Source: a virus. From it: DNA of 64,000 nucleotides. The position numbers and the translations under genes were made by a program. Below the pieces are notes generated by a model. The model worked only from the letters and a program-made list of their open reading frames with translations. It did not search any database and was not told the DNA's origin. Below, in pieces: positions 42,101 through 49,153 of the stretch. The stretch spans positions 1 to 64,000 of IMG/VR virus record IMGVR_UViG_3300010885_050982, one strand, 5' to 3'. Numbering within the stretch: the stretch's first letter is position 1; each line of letters starts with the position of its first letter.

Positions 42101-44277
42101 GGAATATCACGAAAGGTCCGGCTGGATTGGCAGAGAAGGGGATTAAAAATCTCTCTGATTTCAAAAAAACCGAAGATAAAGAACCTGAATACCCAGCGAG
42201 AGACGATGGCCGACACATTAAAGAAGTGTGGCAAATGACAAAAGCGGAGCACGCCAAGATTTATGGAGGGAAACATGGAAATCATCGACTTGGAAGCGAA
42301 GTGGGCACGCATCTTTCCGGAGACACAACACTGAAGCCGAATCAAGTAGATTTTGATTTTGCTGGGTCTTCACTTGGGATATCTGCATCCGAAGCAAAGC
42401 GGGCATGGAACCAGTTTACTTGGGGCACGGAACTTCCGCCTGTAGACGTCGACAAGCGACACAAGCACCTTGTCGAGCAAGCCGTTCTTGCCGGAAAGAA
42501 TGTTCCGGACCACATCTTGGCTGATTACCCGGATATTGCGAAACTGCGGAATACGAATCGGAAGCCTGTCACCGATGGAGATCTGGATCGCCTAGCCGAC
42601 AACGGGATCGACATCGTCAAACATCCAAAAGGCGGCTGGACCGCCGAGAGGGATAGTCATGACGAAAAGGGACCGTACCGGGAGCACATTGGCCAGTCGT
42701 TCGCGTCTCAGCAGGAAGCTGCGGACGCGGCGTTGAACTGGGCACAGCCGGAGAAAATCAAAGATCCATCACAAACAAAGCCTCACGAACTGTCCATGGG
42801 CGAATCCACAGAGAAAAGCTTGGGTGAGTTGAGAACAGAATTCAAATCGAAAATGGACGAGGTCGACAAGCGACTAGAGGCCACGACTCGACAACTCCAA
42901 GGAGAAAAGTCGCGGGCCGGACGAAACATATCGAAAATCGAAGATATCGAAAATCGATATAAGCGAGCCAAACAGGAAGCAAGCGACGAAAAACAGAAAA
43001 TCGTCAGTCATTATAGTCCGCGAATGATTAACCACCCGGAACACAAAGCCCAGCAGGCAAAAGACGCGGAATCTTGGCGGACAAAGAAAGAGCAAGAAAA
43101 CAAGAAGATTGCCGACAACGACAAGCTCATGAGAAAAGAGCAGTGGGACAAAATACAATCGTCCGGCGGGGTTGATGCCGCCAAGAAAACGGTTCAAGAG
43201 AATCTCAGGCAGTTGCAAATCAAGCACAATCGAACGAAAGAATCAAACCGCTGGAAACTGCCAAAACCAGAACGATTCAATCGCGAATTGGAGTATCTTG
43301 AAGATTTACAGAAAGAGTTTGGTGGCGAAAGCGGGATCGACAGGGCACAGGAGGCAAAGTCGTCACCAGCGGTCAACCGAGAAGAACTCGAAGGGCAAAT
43401 GTTGATGTACAAGGACGCTATCGCAATCAAAAAAGCGAAAGGCGAACCTATTCCGCAAAAGTGGCTGGACGGAATGGCTGATATTTCCGACAAGCGTGGC
43501 GGGCGAACTCCAGAAACAGGTCTGGTCGCATCAAATCATGTTTTCGGTCACCCAGAAACAACGCAAGACCCGAAGTATGCAAACCTGATTCCGATCCGGG
43601 TCGGCGACATTGAAAGCGTGAACCGAAAGACCGAGCAAGCACAGGAAATCTACAATCAGTTGGCGTCGAAGATATCAACTGCACAGTGGCAGGAGAAAAA
43701 CAAGAAGACTAACCCAAAGGCCGCTAAAGCAGCGTCAGCGTATCTTCAGAGTCATGAAGGCCAAAGTGATATCCAGAATCGTGACATGCTTCGCAACGAG
43801 ACGATGCCGGAGCTTCAGCGGTTGCGTCGTGAATTAGCTGGGCAGAAACAATCGCCCCCCGAGCCAATCAATGGCGAGTATCACTCAAAAGACGTAGCCG
43901 ACAAGCCGATCTCAAATGAAGTCTACGCCCAAGAAATGCGGAAGATGATCGAACTGGCAAATCAGCCGAAAGGCACGCTTTCCGGTAGAGCGAAAGAAGA
44001 TTTCGACAGTTACAAGCCGATCATGGAGCGGGACGTAAATAAAGAAGTTACCCCGCGCAAACGGGCGAACGCGGCGATGTACGCGATGCATGACTTACAC
44101 CCAGACGCACAGCAGGCATTGTCAGATCACCTGAAAACGATCGCACCGGAAGCACATCAGCACTTCCATGCGAACAAGCCGATTCATTTTGCGAATGTGA
44201 AAGCAGGAGACGACTCTCCAGAAAAGACGAAATACTCCAGAATCGCCAATGCTCGCATCCGATTTTGCGGTCGATGA
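36166..44277 (+). CDS. Giant polyvalent protein: leader modules, N6-adenine methyltransferase, Strawberry-notch (AAA_34/Helicase_C_4) SF2 helicase and C-terminal modules
   Basis: MTase QQFSTP, LEPSAGTG, MNPPF (37768); helicase GDGTGAGKGR, FDEAH, YSSATGA, EITGR, QGFGRTNRTNQ; WQMT and H...V..A...GK.VP..IL.DYPD motifs. Confidence 0.88.
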   Translation: MKTIQERIQDSIERYSATEGRWITINGTHVQLDKSGIVVSGPDRLRGRMKAPEAPSWFRGKRKSPPQDTPEIEFKSAEKPKLKANLGADIYKMMLAHQAAEKQKKDDAEASREFDRKDAIARKLPPAAKDVKHSGLNAIKKQIKGGKRADGQFFSPEEMDELYRTFLFTMRKAMGMTEPTARDQQAFRDNPDHVLSKFSKRFTEAYAKSKAKLAAGQKSLFDDDFEDFPVPAIPVAEIPAPKEEKKTVVTEKFVAKPKVTTFKEARSEKPSKPVAKHGTPKGRHWITLHHGALGGKGSRVQIDDDGTIVLGHPSLVGKNLSDMKKVTESVKPDQEESTGEDRSADLRLADKLADRLASGEDLSAKELFAIANENHGGTRAENKYGQSQAYDSLEYAINKNLEGETDPRAKLYSAVEQARQMAKTVDQLPTQTNRDGNKVLMQQFSTPPHFAYAVNWLANIEPGDKVLEPSAGTGSLVVHAKNAGGDVYANELDPDRAQYLEDMLGKGKVSVENAEQIAGILPGRGVPKFDTIVMNPPFSSTAGRTDSKDILTGAKHIEEAAMLLKDGGRLVSIVGGGMGPDRSRYRDFFKKMQENGLILRANVLVSGEDIYSKYGTKFDSRVLVFDKTSKEDRLSEKPVFGEVDDISDLMELLEGVRNDRTRIDEPSSEQAGDETDQANGGKSEPGDSADSSAGASVSGDESDAIPGDDGTGEFGVSDGGTTERDSGVPADVGPGATGSGSSGESEALQSAIKRRTGRSRKGNAGGKGASGKDTGGKPPEQSDADKQRLRPPEPVAFESDSSGPVDKTGEGDVATQSDLGESLYDLYKPQALVKGAHPHATALVESAAMAAVKPPVATYRPVLSPDIVEKGMLSAAALETVVYAGQSHSQMLEADPGKPEMRRGYFIGDGTGAGKGRELSGVITDNFNQGRKKAVWLTKSQGLINDAVRDWVDVGNDKSDIFHFDKIRKGNNVPDDGIAFITYSTLRSKPKDASKKSNIDQLVDWLGPDFDGVIAFDEAHLMANAMNTEGERGIKKASQQALAGIELQQRLPSARVVYSSATGATELGNLAYAERLGIWGRGTPFADKNSFINDMSEGGVAAMEQIAQSLKATGSYCSRAIAMDDGTPNGKVTYDRLTHHLSDDQHEQYNALADGWQSVLENIDKALEMTGGSDSPQAKSAASSAFWGAQQRFFNQVMTSMQTPAVIEAMSADIKEGRSPVIQLVNTMEASTKRALAERGEDDEDADIDVSPRKILQQYLATCFPTERYESYTDEDGNERSRMVTQVKRDEHGKPTTNDKGEVLMEPVHDPRAVALRDKMLQDVAAYRIPDPPIDQIINHFGHEKVAEITGRSIRKIKMEEDDEPKFYPRNSAVANQAESKAFQDNQKNILIFSGAGDTGFSYHAARNIKNQGRRVHYMLQPGWRADAAVQGFGRTNRTNQSSAPHYRLVEIDELKGQKRFISTIARRLDQLGAITKGQRQTGGGGLFAASDNLESTEAKAALEQFFHNLKAGAIEGLDHTDVMRQLGLAKKEESNRKQGKDTPPPEMGQFLNRMLSMRVGMQGKVFEAYEKQLQQVVAKAIEDGTLDSGVENYPASQINRKQDSVVFREPKSGAEARHIIAKCKTKSDKMPFKEIESKSKQPEKFVRNKQSGHVYAAYKGVNETDPKTGEVKETYVLVGASGNRRSGVEKADLEGDWTARRYKDWKQPKFDKLDKDEAERLWKDQYDKIPDFSESDQHFLTGALLPIWDRIPGNKPKIYRMRLEDGQTIVGRHIPAKHVPEMLQRLGAHVEAESHTAAGTHSALTGGRHRAVLANGWKLKPVMVQGERRIELVGPSSMSEVRQIEADGVKKELKGGYDPHYYVPVGEDGVKVLERLTKSRPITEVAEIEKSKYSRPATTEGRIQAARATVMHAVEFVAMPRREFFQQAAVPKSRFEMAKERYARHKPASGQMSMESHWITLHGGSEGGGTHVEVDGKGNITKGPAGLAEKGIKNLSDFKKTEDKEPEYPARDDGRHIKEVWQMTKAEHAKIYGGKHGNHRLGSEVGTHLSGDTTLKPNQVDFDFAGSSLGISASEAKRAWNQFTWGTELPPVDVDKRHKHLVEQAVLAGKNVPDHILADYPDIAKLRNTNRKPVTDGDLDRLADNGIDIVKHPKGGWTAERDSHDEKGPYREHIGQSFASQQEAADAALNWAQPEKIKDPSQTKPHELSMGESTEKSLGELRTEFKSKMDEVDKRLEATTRQLQGEKSRAGRNISKIEDIENRYKRAKQEASDEKQKIVSHYSPRMINHPEHKAQQAKDAESWRTKKEQENKKIADNDKLMRKEQWDKIQSSGGVDAAKKTVQENLRQLQIKHNRTKESNRWKLPKPERFNRELEYLEDLQKEFGGESGIDRAQEAKSSPAVNREELEGQMLMYKDAIAIKKAKGEPIPQKWLDGMADISDKRGGRTPETGLVASNHVFGHPETTQDPKYANLIPIRVGDIESVNRKTEQAQEIYNQLASKISTAQWQEKNKKTNPKAAKAASAYLQSHEGQSDIQNRDMLRNETMPELQRLRRELAGQKQSPPEPINGEYHSKDVADKPISNEVYAQEMRKMIELANQPKGTLSGRAKEDFDSYKPIMERDVNKEVTPRKRANAAMYAMHDLHPDAQQALSDHLKTIAPEAHQHFHANKPIHFANVKAGDDSPEKTKYSRIANARIRFCGR
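38138..38551 (+). CDS. Nested out-of-frame gene (137 aa, helical) within the linker of the giant protein
   Basis: GAAGGGG SD 38125-38131; coincides with the low-complexity D/E/G/S linker of the host frame. Confidence 0.55.
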   Translation: MTELELMNHPANKLATKLIKQTGENPNPEILPILRLAQVFLETKVTPSLEMTELANSAYQMEAQPKETVACLLTSDPEQLDLDRAENPKLSSQLLSDALDVLEREMREEKEHPGRIPAENLQNSLMLINSGFDLQSL

Positions 44278-44337
44278 AATTCCCGGAAACAGATAAACTC
44301 TGCCAGCGACAATTTACCCAGAAGGGACACGATAAGC

Positions 44338-47115
44338 ATGACGATCGATACAGAAATCGCAAAACGTATTCAGGCGGCAAGGGTTGCGTACGATCATCAG
44401 CGTGAACTGTATGCGGGTCCGACACGGTGGATTACGGTCGGCGCGGTCGATCATCACGGCGGCACTCACGTCGAGATTGACGGACAAGGCAACATTTCCA
44501 AAGGTCCTTCCGGGATGAAGGGCAGTAATATTGCAAACCTGAAGAAGCCAGCATCAGTGGGGATTCCCGGACATCGACCGCCATCGAATGTGGGGATTCC
44601 TGGACATCGACCGCCATCGAATGTGGGGATTCCCGGACATCGACCGCCATCGAATGTGGGGATTCCTGGACATCGACCGCCATCGAATGTTGGAATGCCT
44701 GGCATGCGACCACCCAACCAAGACGGAATTCCAGGTCATAGGCCACCGTCCGGGCAGTCGATGCCGGGGAATCGAAATGCGGTTCCACCACAGCAGGCGC
44801 AGCCAGCCGGGCAGAATCCGCAAGAGAAGCCAATTCCAGGCGAACCCGCCCCTTTGAAGCAAGCGGTGGAGCAACTTGGAGCGCAGCAGCAACCGACGAC
44901 GCCACCGCCACCGGGACGACTGTATTCGCCGAACCCAGCGTTTGGAGAAGCGGCAAGAGTCGGGGTTCCCGGCAATAAAACTCCTCCATTGCCGCCGCTT
45001 GAATACTTCAGACTGCCAAACCTGAACCCAGAAGAACGTGCAGTCGAAAAGGGTTTTATGGATCAGTACCAGTCCGATCCTGACGGCCAGGCCGATGCGA
45101 TGATCCAAGCGATGGCAAAAGGCATGGGCGACGGTCCAAACATTTTCGCAACCGACGAGGCGAAAGGCTTGGTCAAGGAATGGAAGGGGACAAAAGTCCC
45201 TGAAATGGGGCCGGATGGAAAGCAAGCTGTCGACAAGGATGGGAATCCGAAATGGGATCTCAGTCCTGAAACAAAAGAGTATCGATCAAAGTACAACACG
45301 GCGCTTCACCAGACAGCGAACGCATTGGCGAAGCGAGCGTTCTTGAAATACCTCGATACCGTTGTTGCAAACGGTCCACCGGAAAAGAGAAACATTCTCG
45401 TTACTGCTGGTGGAGTTGCCTGTCACGGTAGAGGCACTCCTGTCGTGATGTTCGACGGAACCCTCAAGAATGTCGAAGATGTCGTTGAGGGCGATAAACT
45501 AATGGGTCCAGATTCAACTGAACGAACTGTAATGCTGACGCATTCAGGTCGCGACATGCTTTACAACGTAACTCCGCATCGTGGCGACTCGTTTACGGCG
45601 AATGGTTCTCACGTTTTGGCGATTCACGCTCAGTTGCGACGAAAAGTGAATGGCGTCGAGATTCCGTATTCTGGCAAGATCACGATTACTGTTGACGACT
45701 ATCTTGCGAAAAGCGGTCGATTCAAGGCGAATTGCTATTTGTATCGAAGAGGGATTGAGTTTGCCGAGTCTCGTGTTCCGCTTGATCCATACTTCTTGGG
45801 ATTGTGGCTTGGGGATGGAACGCATTGCCTGCCAGCGGTCACGTCTGCCGATCCAGAAATCGCGGAGTTCATGCAGCAGTTCACTCGCAAGCAACCACGA
45901 ATGAAGCTGATGGTTCACGCAAAGCCGGACAATGCCGCATCCGTGTATCAAATGTCGTATCTGGATTCGACGCCACAGAAAGGCGATGGATACCGAAAAG
46001 GGTGTCGCCCAAATCCAATCACGGCAAGACTGAAGGAGGCGGGTGTTTTAAGAAACAAACACATTCCTCAACAGTATTTAGCCAACTCCAGCTCCGTGAG
46101 GCTTCAATTGCTTGCTGGGTTGCTAGATTCAGATGGGTCGTACAATGCTGACCGGAAATCGTTTGAGATTACCACCAAAATCGAGCGTATGGCGAAAGAG
46201 ATTCAGTTCCTTGCCAGATCAATTGGATTCCAAGCGTCGATCAATGAGAAGATCGTGAGAAATAATTGGACCGGGAAGTCAGGCGTCTATTTCCGTCTTC
46301 ACATCGGCGGAAACGATCTTGAATTGATTCCGACAAAGATCCTGAGAAAGCAGGCGGAGTCAAGACCAGCAGAGCGAACAGACGGAAGGGTGTCTCGCGA
46401 CGTTCGGCACTCAAGTTTCAGGGTCGATCCAATCGGAGAAGATGAGTTCTTCGGTTTCACGCTGAATAAAGATCATCTGTACTTGCTTGGCGACTTTACG
46501 GTTACCCACAATTCAGGCAAGGGGTTCGCGCTTGAGAATGTTGACCAGACGAAGAGCTTGCAAAAAATGGCTGGTGCTGTGTGGGACACTGCCGGAGAGC
46601 AGAACAGCACCGAACTCGGATGGGTCGCCGAAGAGTGCAAGAAACGTGGACTGAAGATGCACGCCGTATTCGTTCACTCCAAGCCAAGCGAGACATGGGA
46701 AAACCCGGAGCGAGGTGTGATCGAGCGAGCCAATAAAAAGGGCCGCATGGTCGACGCCAGAGCGTTCGCGGACTCTTACACGTATGGCGCGCAGAACTTC
46801 CACAAGTTTTCCCAGAAGTACGCGAACGACCCTAACGTTCACGTTACCGTTCTCGACAACACTCGGCCACCGGTGCCAGATCTGGACGAAAACGGAGTTC
46901 AGAAGATCGACAAAAAGGGAAAGCCAGCCAAAAAGCCGGACGTCGTCGCGATCCCGTCTGTCCCGCAAGAAATGTTGTCGATGGACCCGGATGCATTGTA
47001 CGCTCATTGCATCGAAGCACTGGCAAAATTCCCAGCCTCAGATGCCGTCAAGCAGGGCGGTTCCGCAGGTACAAGAATTTGGCCGGAAACGCTGACGGGC
47101 GGTCGAAAACAGTGA
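44338..47115 (+). CDS. Polyvalent protein: leader, Pro-rich repeats and zeta-toxin-like P-loop kinase, intein-containing
   Basis: Spliced Walker A ILVTAGGVA|SGKG; VWDT, AVFVH..P...ERA...GRMV....F..SY zeta-like motifs. Confidence 0.8.
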   Translation: MTIDTEIAKRIQAARVAYDHQRELYAGPTRWITVGAVDHHGGTHVEIDGQGNISKGPSGMKGSNIANLKKPASVGIPGHRPPSNVGIPGHRPPSNVGIPGHRPPSNVGIPGHRPPSNVGMPGMRPPNQDGIPGHRPPSGQSMPGNRNAVPPQQAQPAGQNPQEKPIPGEPAPLKQAVEQLGAQQQPTTPPPPGRLYSPNPAFGEAARVGVPGNKTPPLPPLEYFRLPNLNPEERAVEKGFMDQYQSDPDGQADAMIQAMAKGMGDGPNIFATDEAKGLVKEWKGTKVPEMGPDGKQAVDKDGNPKWDLSPETKEYRSKYNTALHQTANALAKRAFLKYLDTVVANGPPEKRNILVTAGGVACHGRGTPVVMFDGTLKNVEDVVEGDKLMGPDSTERTVMLTHSGRDMLYNVTPHRGDSFTANGSHVLAIHAQLRRKVNGVEIPYSGKITITVDDYLAKSGRFKANCYLYRRGIEFAESRVPLDPYFLGLWLGDGTHCLPAVTSADPEIAEFMQQFTRKQPRMKLMVHAKPDNAASVYQMSYLDSTPQKGDGYRKGCRPNPITARLKEAGVLRNKHIPQQYLANSSSVRLQLLAGLLDSDGSYNADRKSFEITTKIERMAKEIQFLARSIGFQASINEKIVRNNWTGKSGVYFRLHIGGNDLELIPTKILRKQAESRPAERTDGRVSRDVRHSSFRVDPIGEDEFFGFTLNKDHLYLLGDFTVTHNSGKGFALENVDQTKSLQKMAGAVWDTAGEQNSTELGWVAEECKKRGLKMHAVFVHSKPSETWENPERGVIERANKKGRMVDARAFADSYTYGAQNFHKFSQKYANDPNVHVTVLDNTRPPVPDLDENGVQKIDKKGKPAKKPDVVAIPSVPQEMLSMDPDALYAHCIEALAKFPASDAVKQGGSAGTRIWPETLTGGRKQ
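44557..44754 (+). repeat. 33-bp coding tandem repeat (VGIPGHRPPSN): 4 near-perfect and 2 degenerate units
   Basis: Units at 44557, 44590, 44623, 44656 (Pro codon alternates CCC/CCT), then 44689 and 44722. Confidence 0.9.
45421..46512 (+). mobile_element. Intein (364 aa) with in-frame LAGLIDADG homing endonuclease, inserted in the kinase P-loop
   Basis: CHGRGTPVVMFDG start; LGLWLGDG and LLAGLLDSDG motifs; ends FTVTHN with +1 Ser. Confidence 0.95.
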
Positions 47116-47139
47116 TCCAACCGTTCTTCAGAGACGTTT
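47113..47139 (+). promoter_or_regulatory. TGATCC-N16-CGTTT promoter motif (TGA is the stop of the zeta-like gene)
   Basis: Directly upstream of GAGGA-ATG 47181. Confidence 0.6.
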
Positions 47140-47180
47140 AGTCTTACGTGAGAACGAAACCCATAAGAAAAGAGGAAGTT

Positions 47181-47420
47181 ATGTCAGTTGGAACCATGCA
47201 AGGGCCTCCAGCGTACAAGTTCCCGGAAGCGCAAGCCCAAGCTGAAGCGATTATGTCAAATTTGTCCCAGAGTGACGACGAAATGGATGCCGTTGAAGAG
47301 CGAAAGCACGCTCGGGACGTTGCTCGGGCAGAGGGTGGCGACAGCGGCCCCCAGATTGACCCTGAAAAGTCCAATCGAATCGACAAAGCGAAAACATCGT
47401 TCGACGTACGAGGTTTCTGA
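47181..47420 (+). CDS. Small acidic hypothetical protein
   Basis: GAGGA SD; TGATG coupling to the next gene. Confidence 0.6.
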   Translation: MSVGTMQGPPAYKFPEAQAQAEAIMSNLSQSDDEMDAVEERKHARDVARAEGGDSGPQIDPEKSNRIDKAKTSFDVRGF

Positions 47421-48712
47421 TGCTCAATATTCGCGACAGGATTGCGTCTGCCATCGAGCGATACCAGAAAGAACACTGGATCACGCTTCGGGGGACTCAC
47501 GTACTGATCGACGAAGATGGGGAGATCCTAAAGGGTCCTCCGGCGCTCAAGGGTATTCAACTCGGGAAACCGGTCCCGAAGCGAAAGGCAGACGAATCAG
47601 AAAAGCAGTGGCTGAAACGTATTGCTCCTGATTTGCCAGCCCCAAGGCGACTTCCTGAAAATCATAGCGATTATTTCAACATGGATCGGGCGGACGCGAC
47701 GGTATCGATCGGTCGACTGAAAAGTACGAAGACCGACGCCGAAAACGAAAAAGGCGGCGGGAACGCTCCAAAGTTCATGGATCTGTCGCGACGTGGATTG
47801 ACCGGGAAACGTGATCCGATCACGGTTCGACCGAACGACAGCGGCGGCTATGACGTTGTCGACGGGAATGGAACATTCACTGGTGCGAAACATTACGGTT
47901 GGAAAACACTTCCAGTTCAGATCGAGAAGAAGCTTCCCGAAGAAAATCGGAAGCCATTCTTTACCGATGAGGAAATGAGTTTACCGAAAGAAAGACTTCA
48001 GCCGGTCGCGCAAGATGCTGGTTATGACGTGTTGGCTGCAAAAGCGAAAGTTGCCGATCATCAGTTGCGAACACTATTGGACTTCGGAAAGGGCCTTGGC
48101 GCGCAGCTTGGGTATGAGACCATCCTTCCGGGGGTCATGAAGTTGGATGAAATTGTAGAGCGGTGCAAGAAGCCAGGAGGTATCGTCTGGATTGGCGGCT
48201 TGAAGCCGGAAGCATCAGCGAAACGAAAAGTCCGGGACGATTACAATGGTCACTGGAATCGGCTTTTGGATATTGCGAGGGCAACTGTCGTCGTTGACGC
48301 GATTGACGATGTGCATAAGGTCATCGACAAAGCGAGGGCGATGGGGGCAAAATTGGCTCGTCGGCCAAAAGACCACATAACTAATCCAATACCCGATACG
48401 CATTACCGAGATATCAACATGAATCTGGAGATGCCAAACGGGATGATCGTGGAAATGCAAATCAATCTGAAACCGATGATCATCGCGAAGAAAACTGGGC
48501 ACTTGGACTATGAAATCATTCGGGAAATATCAGGAAAACTTCACGCAGAAGGGGACCGAGAACCGACAGCGAGCGAGAAGTCGCGTCTTCAGCAGGCTCT
48601 CAACGCAAACGTGAAGCTCTACGATGCCGCTTGGGAAAAATGCTTGGGATCGAAAGAGAAATACTCTCGACGTTGCGAACTGGCTGAGTCGAGATTTCGG
48701 AAGATGTTTTGA
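47420..48712 (+). CDS. Polyvalent protein: leader, ParB-like domain and RelA/SpoT-like nucleotidyltransferase
   Basis: DPI.V.....GY.VVDGN (ParB-like); LK...SA.RK, L.DI.R..VV, YRD.N, EMQI, GH..YE..R (RelA/SpoT-like). Confidence 0.8.
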   Translation: MLNIRDRIASAIERYQKEHWITLRGTHVLIDEDGEILKGPPALKGIQLGKPVPKRKADESEKQWLKRIAPDLPAPRRLPENHSDYFNMDRADATVSIGRLKSTKTDAENEKGGGNAPKFMDLSRRGLTGKRDPITVRPNDSGGYDVVDGNGTFTGAKHYGWKTLPVQIEKKLPEENRKPFFTDEEMSLPKERLQPVAQDAGYDVLAAKAKVADHQLRTLLDFGKGLGAQLGYETILPGVMKLDEIVERCKKPGGIVWIGGLKPEASAKRKVRDDYNGHWNRLLDIARATVVVDAIDDVHKVIDKARAMGAKLARRPKDHITNPIPDTHYRDINMNLEMPNGMIVEMQINLKPMIIAKKTGHLDYEIIREISGKLHAEGDREPTASEKSRLQQALNANVKLYDAAWEKCLGSKEKYSRRCELAESRFRKMF

Positions 48713-48720
48713 GGTGGATC

Positions 48721-48936
48721 ATGGACAAAAATGCGCGATACGATTATTACGAATACGGCGATGACCTGCTGGCGAGGAAGATTGCCGGGGCTGGCGAGTT
48801 TTCCCTGTTTGACGTTTGGAAAATCGACCACTGGGAAAAGTCTTCAGACATGGCGAGATTCGTGTCGACCGCCACCAGGATTCGAGACGTGGACGAGTAT
48901 TTGAAAGCGAATCCGCGATTTTTGGCGGCGATTTGA
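48721..48936 (+). CDS. Small hypothetical protein downstream of the RelA/SpoT-like gene
   Basis: GAGGTGG SD then ATG 48721. Confidence 0.55.
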   Translation: MDKNARYDYYEYGDDLLARKIAGAGEFSLFDVWKIDHWEKSSDMARFVSTATRIRDVDEYLKANPRFLAAI

Positions 48937-49153
48937 GAAACGCAAAAGGCAAAACATGAGTGTCTACCTGCCGGGAACCTGCTTCCGTTGTTTGAAGAGG
49001 ATGAAACCGAAGACGGATATGCGTGCCAGAGCCAGTACGGGTTATTTGAGGCATTGATAGAAATGGCCCCTCGTTTGACGGTTCGAATTCCGCTTACCAC
49101 TGCGGACACTCCACTGCTGCCGCGTTGAATCCTGTCGCGGTCCGTTGGTTTTT

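Noticed and set aside
44557-44754. 33-bp repeats as a CRISPR array
   Set aside because: Units are directly adjacent with no unique spacers, are in frame within a CDS, and no cas genes are visible
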